Part shown: positions 1 to 12,825 of the stretch, one piece after another
Position numbering within the stretch: position 1 is the first letter of the stretch
Layout of the letters: each line of letters begins with the position of its first letter
From: Octopus sinensis
Taxonomy: Eukaryota
Length of the DNA: 64,000 bases
Assembly: GCF_006345805.1 (NCBI RefSeq)
Contig: NC_042997.1
Span: 125,178,001 to 125,242,000, forward strand
Reading direction: 5' to 3'
Notes under the pieces: generated by a model
Seen by the model: only the letters and a program-made list of their open reading frames with translations
Database searches by the model: none
What the model was told of the DNA's origin: nothing
Made by a program: the position numbers and the translations under genes

Positions 1-188
1 AGAGGTGAATGAGGAGTCTATCCCCTCGATCTTCCTAGGAAAAGTGGACGGCAATATGGACGGATGAATTGCAACCATTGGGCGTTAACGATCTTCTTAC
101 CGTCACTCCCAGCAACACACTCTTATGCAGGTTATTTCCCTCTTTCCTTCAAACTTCCTTAACCTTTTGCATACATTAATTATTCAAA

Positions 189-454
189 CGTGGAGGCGCG
201 TGGCTTAGTGGCTAGGGTGTCAGCATTATAATCGTAAGATTGGGGTTTCGATTCCTGGACCGGGTGACGCGTTATGTTCTTGAGCAAAACACTTCATTTC
301 ACGTTGCTCCAGTCCACTCAGCTGGCAAAAATGAGTAACGCTGCGATGGACTGGCGTCCCGTCCAGCTGGGGAACACATACGCCATAGAAACCGGGAAAC
401 CGGGCCTATGAGCCTTGCTAGGCTTTAAAAGGGCGCATTTATTTATTTTTTTGT
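189..454 (+). mobile_element. tRNA-derived SINE, family A, with 13-bp target-site duplication
   Basis: Head GGCGCGTGGCTTAGTGG...GGTTTCGATTCC has A/B-box-like motifs; T-rich tail; flanked by TTAATTATTCAAA at 176-188 and 455-467; related copies at 3120, 8605, 16030. Confidence 0.85.
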
Positions 455-1050
455 TTAATTATTCAAATGCAACCTAAACGCCTAAAATAACATTCGCAAA
501 GCCTCCATGAACCTTGACAGTACCTTAGCTAGAAGCAAGAGAAGCTAGACTCTTTTAACGATACAGAAGCTCATACATTACGTATGTTTAGAAACATCTT
601 CACTCGTAAATAACACGAATAAAAGTTACATAGTCACTACAGATACTATTCACATCATCACTGATGATCTTTTATAGTGACCTCATATATATAAAATTAA
701 CAAACGAGCAGCACAAAGACTTACATTTCTTTTCGAAAGAAGAAAATATTTCATATCTGATTAGTTGTTGAACTTCTATCAAGTTTGAACCACATTAGAG
801 TGCTATTAGCATATATGGAGTGTTTTACAACAACACTCGCAGACATCACAGAATACGTTCAAAAGAAGACCATTTAACTGATTGCCTCATCAAACCATGC
901 ATTACTAGGACATGTACGTGTTACTTCTCTGTGTTTCATATTGCCATTACAGCGACATCTGTTCTTTTGAACCGAGTGGCTGCATCTAACTCGTTCCATC
1001 TCTCACCACTCCTAATACAGTAGAACTATTATTTTTCCTTCGATATAAAA

Positions 1051-1281
1051 GGCGACGAGCTGGCAGAAACGTTAGCACGCCGGGCGAAATGCGTAGCCGT
1101 ATTTCGTCTGCCGTTACGTTCTGAGTTCAAATTCCATCGAGGTCGGCTTTGTCTTTCATCCTTTCGGGGTCGATAAATTAAGTACCAGTTACGCACTAGG
1201 GTCGATGTAATCGACTTAAATCCGTTTGTCTGTCCTTGTTTGTCCCCTCTGTGTTTAGCCCCTTGTGGGCAGTAAAGAAAT
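1051..1281 (+). mobile_element. SINE family B, full length
   Basis: GGCGACGAGCTGGCAGAAACGTTAGC...GTTCTGAGTTCAAATTCC...GTAAAGAAAT; near-identical reverse copies at 7932, 16414, 44642. Confidence 0.85.
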
Positions 1282-1440
1282 TCAATTCAATTCAATTTTT
1301 ATTGGCTCAAAAAGCAAAACCAAGGCCATGTAGGGGGACAGAGAGTTATGTACAGGGAGGGTGGTCATACAAAGAGTTCAGGACATTTCTGGTCAAGAGA
1401 ATGTCTGATCAAAGAGTTCAGGCCATTTCTGGTCGAAAAA
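1279..1440 (-). mobile_element. 3' UTR remnant of the CR1-group LINE family also at 21304
   Basis: TTGGCTCAAAAAGCAAAAC..CAAGGCCATGTAGGGGGACA..GAGTTATGTACAGGG matches 21308-21365; preceded by a (TTCAA)n tail. Confidence 0.75.
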
Positions 1441-2109
1441 TATATATAAGGTGGGAGAGATACAAAATGACATATAGTATTGTATTTAGTTAGGTCTGGT
1501 TCACTGTGAGCTCAAAATACCATTTTACTTCCTCCATGTGGACTAGTTTAAATAAATACTAGTGATATAGTAGGGTTCATACAACTTTGATATTTGTGGT
1601 CATCTGCTACCAAATGCAATTAAGTTTATTACCAGAACGAGAAGAAATCAAATGACTGCAAGAAAACTAGAAAGGATGTGTAGAATAAATCGAAAAAATC
1701 TTTAGTTAGTTACTGGTATTTCTTTGTCTCTGAATGGTCAATGACGAAATCGTCTCCAGCATGATTACAACTGCTCTCATAAAAGAACAAGACTAAAGAC
1801 TGCAATTCCTTCTATACGTCTCGTACCGTTTTTATCACAGTAATAATATTCATATAAAACATAGTATTGATTTCTAGCATAGATGCGAGGCCTCATATAT
1901 TTTTGGATACGTATCGATCATACAAGTACCTGTTAGCGAGTAGTATTTATATATACTTATACATTGACCTCAGATGGATGAATGACAAAGTCTATCATAG
2001 CGGGATTTGAACACAATTCATAAAGGAATTGCATGGCATTTTATTACCTTCTCTAATGTTTTTGCCATGGTAAGATATCTGCCTGAGATTTAGTAAACAG
2101 AAAGCTTCA

Positions 2110-2370
2110 AGCTCGTGGTATGTTTGTGTGCGTAAGTGTGTGTATGTGTGTCTTTGTATCTGTATTTGTCACCCACCACCGCTTGAGAACCGGTTCTAGT
2201 GTCTTTACGCTCCGTAACTTATCGGTTTAGCACATGCGTCGATAGAATGAGTACCAGGCATACAAAATACGTACTAGCATCGAGTCATTGCGCTAAAACT
2301 TCTTCAAGACAGTGCCCCAACATGGCCTCAGACTAATAACTGAAGCAATTTAAAGATGAAAGATGACGAA
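2110..2370 (+). mobile_element. SINE family C, 3' half, diverged
   Basis: Similar to the 3' half of the copy at 13702-14056; ends CAGTGCCCCAACATGGCC...CTGAAGC. Confidence 0.6.
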
Positions 2371-3119
2371 TTCAAACTTTACTTGTTATTGTGTCTATTC
2401 TCTCCACCGGACACTCGTTGACGCTACATCGAAGAGGCCAGGGAACTGAAGAAAGAAGAAGAAAAAGACATGCATCCAACACCAGAGCTGAAGACACCTC
2501 CGAAAGGGGGTTGGCGACACGTCAAAACGGTAGAGGAGTAGGGGCCGAAACCAGACGTGGTTCCTCCTGATGATGTCTTGAGCTAAATGGATCCTATAAA
2601 GGAGCTGTTGTGATAGCAGACCACGAAACACGGTTGAAATTCCTCCACAGGTAAATACAAATTCAGAATGATCTGACCTCAATTTGTACAGAAATTAGTT
2701 AAATACTTACAACTATTTAATGTTCTGCTCACATTACCGCTACATGTATCTCTGGTTATTATTGTAACATGAAACATTGTATTAAATATATTGTGGTAAA
2801 GATAGTGAAGCATCGATATTTGGAATGTAGAATATAATATAGTTTATAAAATATCAGTTAGTATATCTTACACTATGAGAAATTAATCGAAGAATCTAGT
2901 AGCATGTATTTGAAAAGCCAAGATGAATAAAGGTATATTAAATGCGTCACAAAACATACTTGATATATTCCTCTCCTTTAGAATGTATACAAATCATTTA
3001 GTTTCATTTAGAATCAGCTCCAAATAAGAAAGTGATGAACGCAAGAATTCTTCTAAAGGTTACTTTCGAAATCATTGTCATCCCTCCACTTATAAAAGTA
3101 TAATATATATGTACACTGT

Positions 3120-3300
3120 GAAGGCGCGTGATTTAATGGTTAGAGTATTAGAATCTCGATCGTTAAGACCTGAGTTCGATAGCCAGGGGAGAGTTGCGTC
3201 TTTCAACAAAGTCAATCTGTTTCAGATTGTTCCAGTCCACTCAGCTGGCAAAAATGAGCAGTATCTGTATTTCAACGGTCAGTCTTGTCCTGATTTTTGG
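3120..3300 (+). mobile_element. SINE family A, diverged
   Basis: GAAGGCGCGTGATTTAATGGTTAG...GAGTTCGAT...CCAGTCCACTCAGCTGGCAAAAATGAG as in 189-454. Confidence 0.7.
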
Positions 3301-3409
3301 AGGCTAGAATTTCACAAGCAAGCTGTTCCGTTGATAGACCAGCTGGAATACTCATCGTCGCAACCAACGGAGTACCCATTATACATGTACTTAGCAAAGA
3401 AAAATTGAA

Positions 3410-3640
3410 GTGTGTGTGTATATGTTTGTCTGTCTGAGTTTGTCCTCCCAACATCGCTTGACAACCGATGTTGGCGTGTTTACGTCCCCATAACTTAGCG
3501 GTTCGGCAAAAGCGAACGATAGAATAAATATTAGGCCTACAAAGAATCAGTCTTGGGGGCGATTTTCTCGACTAAAGGCGGTGCTCCAGCATGGCCTCAG
3601 TCAAATGACTGAAACAAGTAAAAGAGTAAAAGAGAGAGTA
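3410..3640 (+). mobile_element. SINE family C, 3' half
   Basis: ATCGCTTGACAACCGATG...GGCGGTGCTCCAGCATGGCC...GACTGAAACAAGTAAAAGAG tail. Confidence 0.8.
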
Positions 3641-4269
3641 GCTGTAGATAGCAACTGATACTTAATTGAAAGTAGTTCTCTATAAACTATACTGAGCGAT
3701 ATCCGTTTGAGTTAGATGCTATTAATAGGTATGAATATGTATTGATAAATGATTGCGAATTCCAGTCTCAAACAGGCAGATTTTTAAGCTGTGAATAAGG
3801 AGTATTGAAGAAGTATCTTATAGTTAGTGAGATTTAGGGTTTGGCAAGTTTTATATATTATTACATGAAGAAGTTTATAATTATTGAGTATGAAAGTTTC
3901 GTGTTCTTTGAATAAGTATTTTGAAGAATCTATGTTCCAAAAGAAAGCACGTTTTTTTTTTATATATATAGCTTAGAATGTTTCCAGCTATTGAAATTTT
4001 TACTTGATGATGGAAGAATGGTTTAATCCATTCTGTTTTTCATTACATATTTCTCTATTTAGCAATGTAATTACTCTATTGGAGTAGTAATTTATCTTTT
4101 CGTTTAAATCTCTGTTTTTAATGCTTAGAATTACAGACCATGGTTTTTATAAAAGTACATTTTCTTTTTGAACGCATAAAAGCTGAAAATCCAGCAAACA
4201 TTATGGTCGGATAAGCTGCTAAGATGGAACTTGAAGTGCTACTTATCTCATGTGACTTGTGCGTAAGGA

Positions 4270-4277
4270 TGTGTATG

Positions 4278-4353
<76 letters not shown>

Positions 4354-4556
4354 GTGAGTGTGTGTGTGTGTGTGAGTGTGTGTGTATGTGTATGTCCATG
4401 TATATTTATATATGTGTATATATATATATATACATATATGCTTACATATATATATACATTTGCATGTATATATATGTAAACATGCACATGTACACAGCCT
4501 ACATATATGTATACATGCTTATATACATAGATACATATATGCATATTACATACACC

Positions 4557-4600
<44 letters not shown>
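4270..4600. repeat. Compound (TA)n/(TG)n microsatellite
   Basis: Direct reading; accounts for the YIYI/CVCV ORFs at 4118-4667. Confidence 0.95.
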
Positions 4601-4619
4601 AACACATACGCATTTAATG

Positions 4620-5180
4620 CAGTCTGTTCGGGATAAATTTGACGGTTTGCATAAAAAGGAAAGATAGGGAACAAAAATATTATAACAATTTCCACTACAT
4701 GTTGACTCGGAAATGAGTGTTTACACAAAGTAGCTAACCTCAGCTGCCACCACGGCCTCAACCTGGTTTCGGAACCTGGTATTGTGCGTCCTTCATAAAA
4801 TCTACGAATACCTTCTCGATCTTCCTCATTTTCTCAGCCTTAGTGATGCACCTCACACATAGTAATCCATGATGTTACAAGCGAGGAATTAGAAGACCAG
4901 AAATCGGGGCTGGTGGAGACATAGATATTCTCCAACAACCATTTCTAACTCATTCCGGAGGCAATACAAGGGACCGAATCCTGCAGCAACATATTCCTAC
5001 TAGGGATTGACCAGTCTCCAGCAGCTTCACATAGCTGTGTTCAAAGATGTGAGGACAAATTCTGTTATTCTCACAGGGTTTAAGCGTCTGCTACGTCCCT
5101 TCCTGCTGGCCACAATGTTTTCGTCCCCGTTGCGGCTGCCCATGTCAGAAGACACAAACGGGATTAACTCGAACAACCTG
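4620..5180 (-). mobile_element. Decayed Tc1/mariner transposase C-terminus, possibly with terminal inverted repeat at ~4620-4650
   Basis: Manual minus-strand translation with frameshifts: LLQDSVPC (QD.AP motif), PDFWSSNS..NIMDYYV*GA (WPP.SPDLNP.DY.VWG motif), RFRNQVEAVVAAEVSYFV* (stop at 4721). Confidence 0.75.
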
Positions 5181-5189
5181 TACCTATAT

Positions 5190-5199
5190 ATGTACCTAA

Positions 5200-5238
<39 letters not shown>

Positions 5239-5420
5239 CATATATACATACATACATATATACATACATACATACATACATACATACCTACATACATACA
5301 TACATACATACATACATACATACATACATACATACATACATACATACATACATACATACCTACATACATACATACATACATACATACATACACACATACA
5401 TACATGCACACACACATCGA
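5190..5420. repeat. (ACAT)n microsatellite
   Basis: Direct reading. Confidence 0.95.
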
Positions 5421-5729
5421 TATTTACGTACACACATATATGTATGTATGGGCAGAAAATACTCCAGCGTGGAAACTAGGAAGTCTGTGACTCCAAAGTT
5501 TATATATATATATATATATTTAAAAGAGCGCTGTAATTCGATTGAAGCACTATATTACATAAGTAGAAAATGAATGAAAATAAATAAGAAAATGTTCTAA
5601 TAATGAATAAAGTTTATAAGAACCTTTATATTTCGGTCCCAAAGAAGAATACAGTCAAAGAAACGTCTGTTCACACTCTATGTAAATACGTATTGCTTTG
5701 ACTGTATTCTTCGGAATATATACACATAT

Positions 5730-5885
5730 ACGACGGGCTTCTTTCAGTTTCCGTCTACCAAGTCCACTCACAAGTCTTTAGTCGGCCCGAGGCTAAAGTA
5801 GAAGACACTCGTCCAAGATGTCACGCAGTGGGACTGAGCCTGGAACCGTGTGGTTGTTAAGCAAGCTACTTACCACACATCCACT
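5730..5885 (-). mobile_element. SINE family C, 5' half
   Basis: Reverse complement of the GTGGCTGTGTGGTAAG...GTTCAGTCCCACTGCGTG...GACGGAAACTGAAAGAAGCCCGTCG head. Confidence 0.8.
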
Positions 5886-6014
5886 CTTACACATACATAC
5901 ATACATACATACATACATACATACATACATACATACATACATACATACATACATCATACATACATATATACATGCATACATATATACATGCATACATATA
6001 TACATGCATACATA

Positions 6015-6415
6015 TGGGCAAAGGTGTGTACCATCACAGAGGCCAGCTACCCTGCAGATATAAATATCTCGTTGAAAATCAAAGAGAAAGAGGATATCTA
6101 TGGACAGCTGTTTCGAAACCTCCAGCTTCTATATCCAGACTATGAATTCATATTGATACCAATAATAATTTGTGCACCAGGTTTTGTTAGTAAATGCTTA
6201 AAAGAGAATCTGGATAAACTGAGATGTTCAGAAAGAGAAACCGACTGCCTAATTCGTACAAGTGCAATCTGTGAGGGGAACAGTAAAAATTTGCAAGACT
6301 TTTCTCAAGTTCCAAATGTGTTAACTACATCCCAAAGATGGAGCCTTGTCTCTTTGTTGGAAGCAGGTTCCCTCCTCAGTGGAAGATTTATTATCATTAT
6401 AAGACAGAAGAGACA
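6015..6415 (+). mobile_element. 3' fragment of a REL-endonuclease non-LTR retrotransposon within (ACAT)n
   Basis: Inside ORF 5850-6485: EASYPADINISLKIKEKEDIYGQLFRNLQLLYPDYEFILIPIII; a shifted frame ends GTVKICKTFLKF; homologous to 38373-38755; (ACAT)n on both sides. Confidence 0.75.
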
Positions 6416-6486
6416 TAATACATACATACATACATACATACATACATACATACATACATACATACATACATACATACATACATAAG

Positions 6487-6640
6487 ACGGACTCTTTTCA
6501 GTTTCCGTCTACCAAATCCAATGACAAGGTTTTGGTCGGCCCGAGTCTATAGCAGAAACCCTCGCACAAGGCGCAGCGCAGTAGGACTGAATCCAGAACT
6601 ATGTGGCTGGGGAGCAAAGTTGTTACCACACAGCCACCAT
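6487..6640 (-). mobile_element. SINE family C, 5' half, diverged
   Basis: Similar to 5730-5885. Confidence 0.7.
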
Positions 6641-7931
6641 ACCATCATTGTATCGTTGAAAATAAAGCTGGTAACATAGTCGTATTTAGAACAGCACCAA
6701 ATGGTGCAACGCACATAGGTTTGGTGCGCTGCAAAAAAAAAATTCTAGCAACCACCGACAGAACCAAACTTTTGATGTATGGTAACACAAAGAGGTATCC
6801 AAAAGTGAGGAACCATTCTTGCTGTTGCGTATACGTAGAAACTTAACGGCTAGAATTCATTTCAAAATTTTAAGCCACGTCTCACCAGATATGCATACAT
6901 ATCACTCAAACCAAAGTAGCTGTACTACCTGACCTTGGTGAAAATTACTTGAAATATGGTTATAACATGAAAGTCTGAAGTTGGTTTGTCATCACATCAT
7001 TCACACAACATTCAATCCATCAGGCAAAGTTTGTCATGTTTCCATATTTTCCCTTCTCTCTATATATGTTACATATCTATCTTTTTTCCATATATTACTC
7101 ACTGTAAAACTTTCATAGCTCAGCCTTGTTATCTATCAGTTCTCTTGTATGTTTTAATTTTCTGCTTTCCCCAGCGTACAATGTAATGCAATATCTATTG
7201 AACATCCATTAAAGGAGGACACACAGGGATACTGAACACTCCTATGTCATATTGCACACGAGAAACAATCATTCACGCATATGCAAAAACACGCATACAA
7301 CTGCCTACATGCGCACGTATACACACACACACACATAGTCACATACTGGCACTTTTATACATATATACATACACGCATATATATGTATTTGTACATATAT
7401 ATCCACACATACGTATAGACACACATACACAAATGCATATAACTAAAGAGATACAGAGTGAAAGAACGAGAGAAATATAGATAAAAATATATAGTTTGAT
7501 TCCCAGAAGGGGGTCACACTTAGAAGTGTATTGTGTTATCGGCAATGCGGTCACCTAAACCTGAAATGTTATAGGTACATGGTTCGAGTCCATTCACTGG
7601 GTGTTGTGGCTTTTTCCTGTGTAAAATGGATACGCATACTGATAGATATACGCAGTCATTGTAAAGCAATTACGCAATTTTAAATGCTTATAACTAGTTT
7701 TATATATGAAAGTAATATTACGTGATAGACACCCTTAGAAGCCTAATGCATCTATTTTATTAGCGTCAATGAAAAACTTTTTCAGTAGTTTACTAATTTT
7801 TAAAGCATTAATAAATGATTCATTCCTATTTTATGTATGCACGTAAGGTCTTTAAAATTAACTTGGCGTGGAGGAAGAGGTAGATTCTATGCTTTTCTGA
7901 GGAAACTTCAACACCGAATAAATTGATACCT

Positions 7932-8163
7932 ATTTCTTTACTACCCACAAGGGGCTAAGCACAGAGAGGATAAACAAGGACAGACAAACGGATTAAGTCG
8001 ATTATATCGACCCCAGTGCGTAACTGGTGCTTATTTAATCGACCCCGAAAGGATGAAAGGCAAAGTCGACCTCGGCGGAATTTGAACTCAGAACATAACG
8101 GCAGATGAAATACGGCTACGCATTTCGCCCGGCGTGCTAACGGTTCTGCCAGCTCGCCGCCTT
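7932..8163 (-). mobile_element. SINE family B with 16-bp target-site duplication
   Basis: Reverse complement of 1051-1281; GAATAAATTGATACCT at 7916-7931 and 8164-8179. Confidence 0.9.
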
Positions 8164-8604
8164 GAATAAATTGATACCTTTAGTGTTCTGGTTCAACTGT
8201 TGCAAGTCGAAGGCTGCACGAAAATCATGTGCCAGGAGGGAGATCTATTGGGCTTATGTTCTGAACAGGAAGGACTGGACAGAGTGTGTAACGTGACACT
8301 TAGTGCGGAGTAAGCTGTATGGGTGATAAGGATAACAACATGAGTGGGTCAATAGTAATTGAGTGAACACAGCACGAGATCAGCCAACTTCGAGGCTAAC
8401 AAGATTCTGAAAAGAGTCACAATGCTAGGTAAACATTGCTAACCTTGTGAGAAAGAGGAGACTTCCAAGCTGTATAGGTCTTGTTTTTTCTTCTCTTTTT
8501 TCGACTACCGCAACGCAGCTATGAGGGAAACGACTAGAGTGGGGGCTTTGGTAAAAAAATTTTTTGTATATACTTTACTCAATTATTCTTAAGCGACTTC
8601 GGGT

Positions 8605-8885
8605 GAAGGCGCATGGCTCAGTGGTTAGAGCGTCAGATTTAAAAGCATGAGGTAATGAGTTCGATTCCTGGACCGAGCTGTGTATTGGGTTCTTGAGTAA
8701 GACATTTTATTTCACGTTGCTCCAGTTCGCTCAGCTGTAGAAATAAGTTGCGAAATCACTGGTGCCAAGTTGCATCGGTTTCTGTCTTTCCTTCGGACAA
8801 CATCTAGATGATGAACACGTATTACAGAAATAGGATGAAACTGATTGGTTGAGTTCTCATCATTCAGCTGACTTGAAATGCATTT
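8605..8885 (+). mobile_element. SINE family A, long variant
   Basis: GGCGCATGGCTCAGTGGTTAGAGCG...GAGTTCGATTCCTGGACC tRNA-like head. Confidence 0.75.
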
Positions 8886-8929
8886 GAATTCGATACGTCG
8901 ACGTGGTTGTGTCATAAATAGTCAGGATA

Positions 8930-9470
8930 TTACAGTAGTCAGATTATCCGATAGGTGCAGGGACAACCATAGCCTGGTAGAGGCTGAGTTTAGAAGCGAG
9001 AAAGAGATCAGTTGCGTTTGGCGTTTCTGTGTGACGTTCGACTGTGCGTATGGAATATAAAACTAGTTGTAGATTGTTCAGAAATATAAGATTAGATTTC
9101 TTCACCGACATCATTAGTATGGAATGAATGTGAAAGCTAAGAGAAGCTGTGATCATCTGAAGTCACCAAGAATGATTATTTTGGAGACTGGTCAAGTAAA
9201 AGAGATATCTTCGTTACATGAAGAGATAGGGTCGAAGAATTGTTTGCTGCTGGAAGAGTTCGATGGAGGTGGGGAAACAGCGGTAGTGGGAGTTGAGTCT
9301 ATGTATGAACAGAAAACATATTTTAAAATGAAGTTTGTGTAAAGCCTGTAAGGGTTTCTAAAGTCTGTAAGTATTTGTGTCCACAAGAGGAAGAGGATGT
9401 AGGATTTGGATGTTAGTAAAAGGTTAAAAGTGGAGGCCTGGATTGGATCGGAGTCCAGAAATGTCAAAAA
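8930..9470 (-). pseudogene. Highly decayed APE endonuclease domain of a LINE
   Basis: Minus-strand pieces FDISGLRSN (cf. NIRGLRSN), KSYILFLLWTQ (cf. LFLTETQ), ETPNATDLFLAS...PIG*SDY (cf. LDLFL...LG.SDH). Confidence 0.55.
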
Positions 9471-11574
9471 GAAAGACGGAGAATTAACAAGTAGGTTTCA
9501 TATTGATTTCTCTCATATTTGGGAAGAGTAAAGTTTATAAAATTTTATTAACAATTAATGGCTTACAAATAGCCATCAGAGTTCCTCGTTGATGGCAGGA
9601 AGTTGACAGATTTGTTTTCTAGTTAAGTGATACAGTGATTTTCTACATGTAGAGTTAAGTTTATGAAATGGTGTGAACAGCTAATGACTTAAAATTTACC
9701 AACAGGTGACGACTTTGTTGGTTGTAACATGATGATTTAGTTCTAGTGTTAAAGGATACAAGGCTGTTTCAATATGTAAAGATTCCCCCAGAAACATTTA
9801 CAACTGCCACTCGATGCAACGTGGTTTGAGAGGCTCTTGTGTAGAATTCTTTAGTTTATACTTGTCGAAAATAACTTCCTGATCTAAAAGCCCCAACATA
9901 AAATGAACAGGCCAATGAAGTTTTATTTTTTCTGTCCCCCAAACTTGAAAGATATCAAAAACTAAGTAAATTAACGCTTGAAATACTTATCAAGTCTCCT
10001 ATACCTCGGGATATCATCTCGTAGAGTGATAGTGGATACTTTTAAAAATCAAATTCCCCTATCATTGAGAGGTAGCTTGATTTCAGCAGTTCCAGACGGG
10101 TGCTTCGGTAAAAGCTGAAGGGGTACACTTCCTTTTTACTCCTTTGAACCCTGCAATTTACGAGAGGAATGTGGGAGACATATATGATGCGATTACTGTT
10201 GGATTGTCCAACGAGTGTATCCTGGTAAATTGCAATCTAGAATTCCTGCAAATGACATTTTTCACTTATTCAATGAACAATCTTTATATTTTATTTTTAT
10301 GTTACAATTTACTCCAGTTTCTTACACAGTCGACTTCCAGCTTTTCTGACGAAATAAACTGATTTTGTTGACAGCCAACCTTATATTAATAGTGTTATTG
10401 CTGTTATTTTTGTAATAGAATGGTGCATTTGAGCTGAAGAATTAAAACTGGTACAGTTTTTGGAATCAGTGTTCCAGATATGCACAAGATAATGTCCAAT
10501 TTTAAATGCGCCAAAATGTAAAGTACTGCTGGCGTTTCTAATTTCAGCACATGATCTGTCATTAGTATATAAATTTGTTTGTATGACACGTTAAGACTCT
10601 TCATCTACTTGGCACAAAAACCGCAAGTATGCACGAGAATAGTTCTAACTTCTAAGGAATGAAAGTGAGGGAATGTAATCAGTAAACCGACAAGGAGGTT
10701 TATGTGTTCAGTGCACCAAAATTAATCAAAAATAAGTCAAAATGCATTGCTCAGTGTAATGCGTTAGTTGAGGTTCTCTTCTGTAGTCCGTGGAGATTGA
10801 CAATGCATTTCGTTCTTCTTAGGTCAAGAAAATAAATGGCAGTTAAGTGTTAGGAATTAGTTTGCATCCAACTCAGCTCCACGACTTGGATGTTCCGCAG
10901 TAGCAACCTGTAGGAACAACAATATACTTACTTTGATACTTTGCTAGGTTTTGGCCAGGATTGGCTCAGACCATGGCTAACTTAATTGCACCATATGTAT
11001 TTTATAATCACCCAGAAGGGATAATACTTACACAGAACCGAGTATTCTTGCATACGAACAAACAGAAGTACTTTTTGAATCTGCGGAACTTTTAAGAGTG
11101 AATATCTAATTAAAATTAATACAAATATTTATCCCCCATGACATCTGATGCAAGTTTTTTTACTTTCGTTTGTATGGTTGTACACCTATCTATTTATCGA
11201 TCTATCGATCTATCACGCTCTGCATTTCGTTGTATGCGTTTGTGTCTATATACACATATGCATACATATATGCGTGCACACACACAACCACACGCTCATA
11301 CACACACACAAACATCTCGTCTCTCGCATCATTCACACATCTACCAATCTTCCAAGTAGATCAAGACAGAAGCTTGTTAGAAAGCCTCTAATTGGTTTAG
11401 TTGTGGACCTTCTGGAAATAGCAACTAATTATGCAAAGAAAGTGCTGAAGCGTACACGATATTATATAATCTGAATATACTCAGTCGGAGAAATATAGGG
11501 GTTAATCATGGTTGCAGTACATTTTAGTCATGCATATACACAATCAAGGCAAACCTAAGGCAAAACTACAGCTG

Positions 11575-11599
11575 CAATTACTACCACCACCACTATTAA

Positions 11600-11637
<38 letters not shown>

Positions 11638-11735
11638 ATAATAATAATAATAATAATACTAATAATACTAATAATACTAATACTACAACTACTACTACTA
11701 CTGCTGCTGCTGCTGCTACTACTACTACTACTACC
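11575..11735. repeat. Compound (CTA)n/(ATA)n/(CTG)n microsatellite
   Basis: Direct reading; explains the poly-L/I ORF 11512-11769. Confidence 0.9.
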
Positions 11736-12048
11736 TCAGGCCCTGTACTTCAGAAACTTTAAGCTCTAAGACAAGACTTTTGCTTATTGTTTCTCTTGTA
11801 ATTGTAAATATTGCTTAAGAAGTTGAAACTGTAGTTGTTCTATTGTTGCTGCTGTTGTTGTTTTTGTCGATACCGATGTTGTTTGTCATACGTTGCTAAA
11901 CGTGAGTATATTCTTGCTGTTTGTTAATGAAAACTTTAGCTGTTGATGTTACTTTGCCCCTGTGAACCCTCAACCATACAGACATATGCACAAAGAGGTT
12001 CGAACCCTGATATCATCCTATCTTTTTCGGTACACACACATACACACA

Positions 12049-12098
<50 letters not shown>

Positions 12099-12825
12099 GT
12101 GTGTGTGTGTGTGTGTGTACGGAAAAAAGTCGAGGTAGAAAATGCTAAAATATTTTTTATAAAAAACATGTCAGTACCGGTTTCAGTCATTCAGACTTTT
12201 TCAACTGTAAATATGGAAAACAATTAAATTTTGGAAAAGTTTTTTAAAAAAAAGTTTTTTAAAAGAATATTTGCATAGTGTTCAAATACAAGTGGCATTT
12301 TCCTTGTTTCAGCCTGTCTCTGTCTCTCTTGGTTACTCTTGTGGTTTCGAAGTCATTGTGAACATATATATATCCACCGCGTTGTGACGTAAGAGAGGGG
12401 CTGGTTGCTCTCATTTTAAGCAGATCAAGCAACCATTTAGAAGTTCCTTCATCGGCTCGCTCATCTGTTGTTTTTGATGCAATTCAGGTTGCAACCGTTT
12501 ATTTTCTGCTTATTTTGCAGCTGCCGCTTCTGTTTTGTTTGTTGTTATTAATGCTGCAGTTGCTGCTATTTATGCTGCAACTACTGCTGTTGTGCAGTTG
12601 CTATTGATTTACCTAATGGACGATGTTGCGATTAAAGTACTACCTTTCGTTGCTATTTATGTTTCGTATGCTGCAGTTATAATAGATATCTTTGATGCCG
12701 ATGTTGTTGTTATTGTTTATATTAAAGTTGCTACTGCTACTGTTGCTATTTATGCTGAAGTTGCACCTGTTGCCCTTGAGTTAGTTACTTGTGTTGCTAT
12801 CGTCGTTATTGTTGCTAGTGTTAAA

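Noticed and set aside
192-262. tRNA-like sequences here and at 8605, 13702 and similar sites
   Set aside because: They run into shared SINE bodies and tails, some with TSDs, and lack a full cloverleaf; treated as SINE heads, not tRNA genes
9500-10400. Possible further LINE or Penelope coding debris on the minus strand
   Set aside because: Only a 6-residue resemblance (LRDDIP); insufficient to support a call
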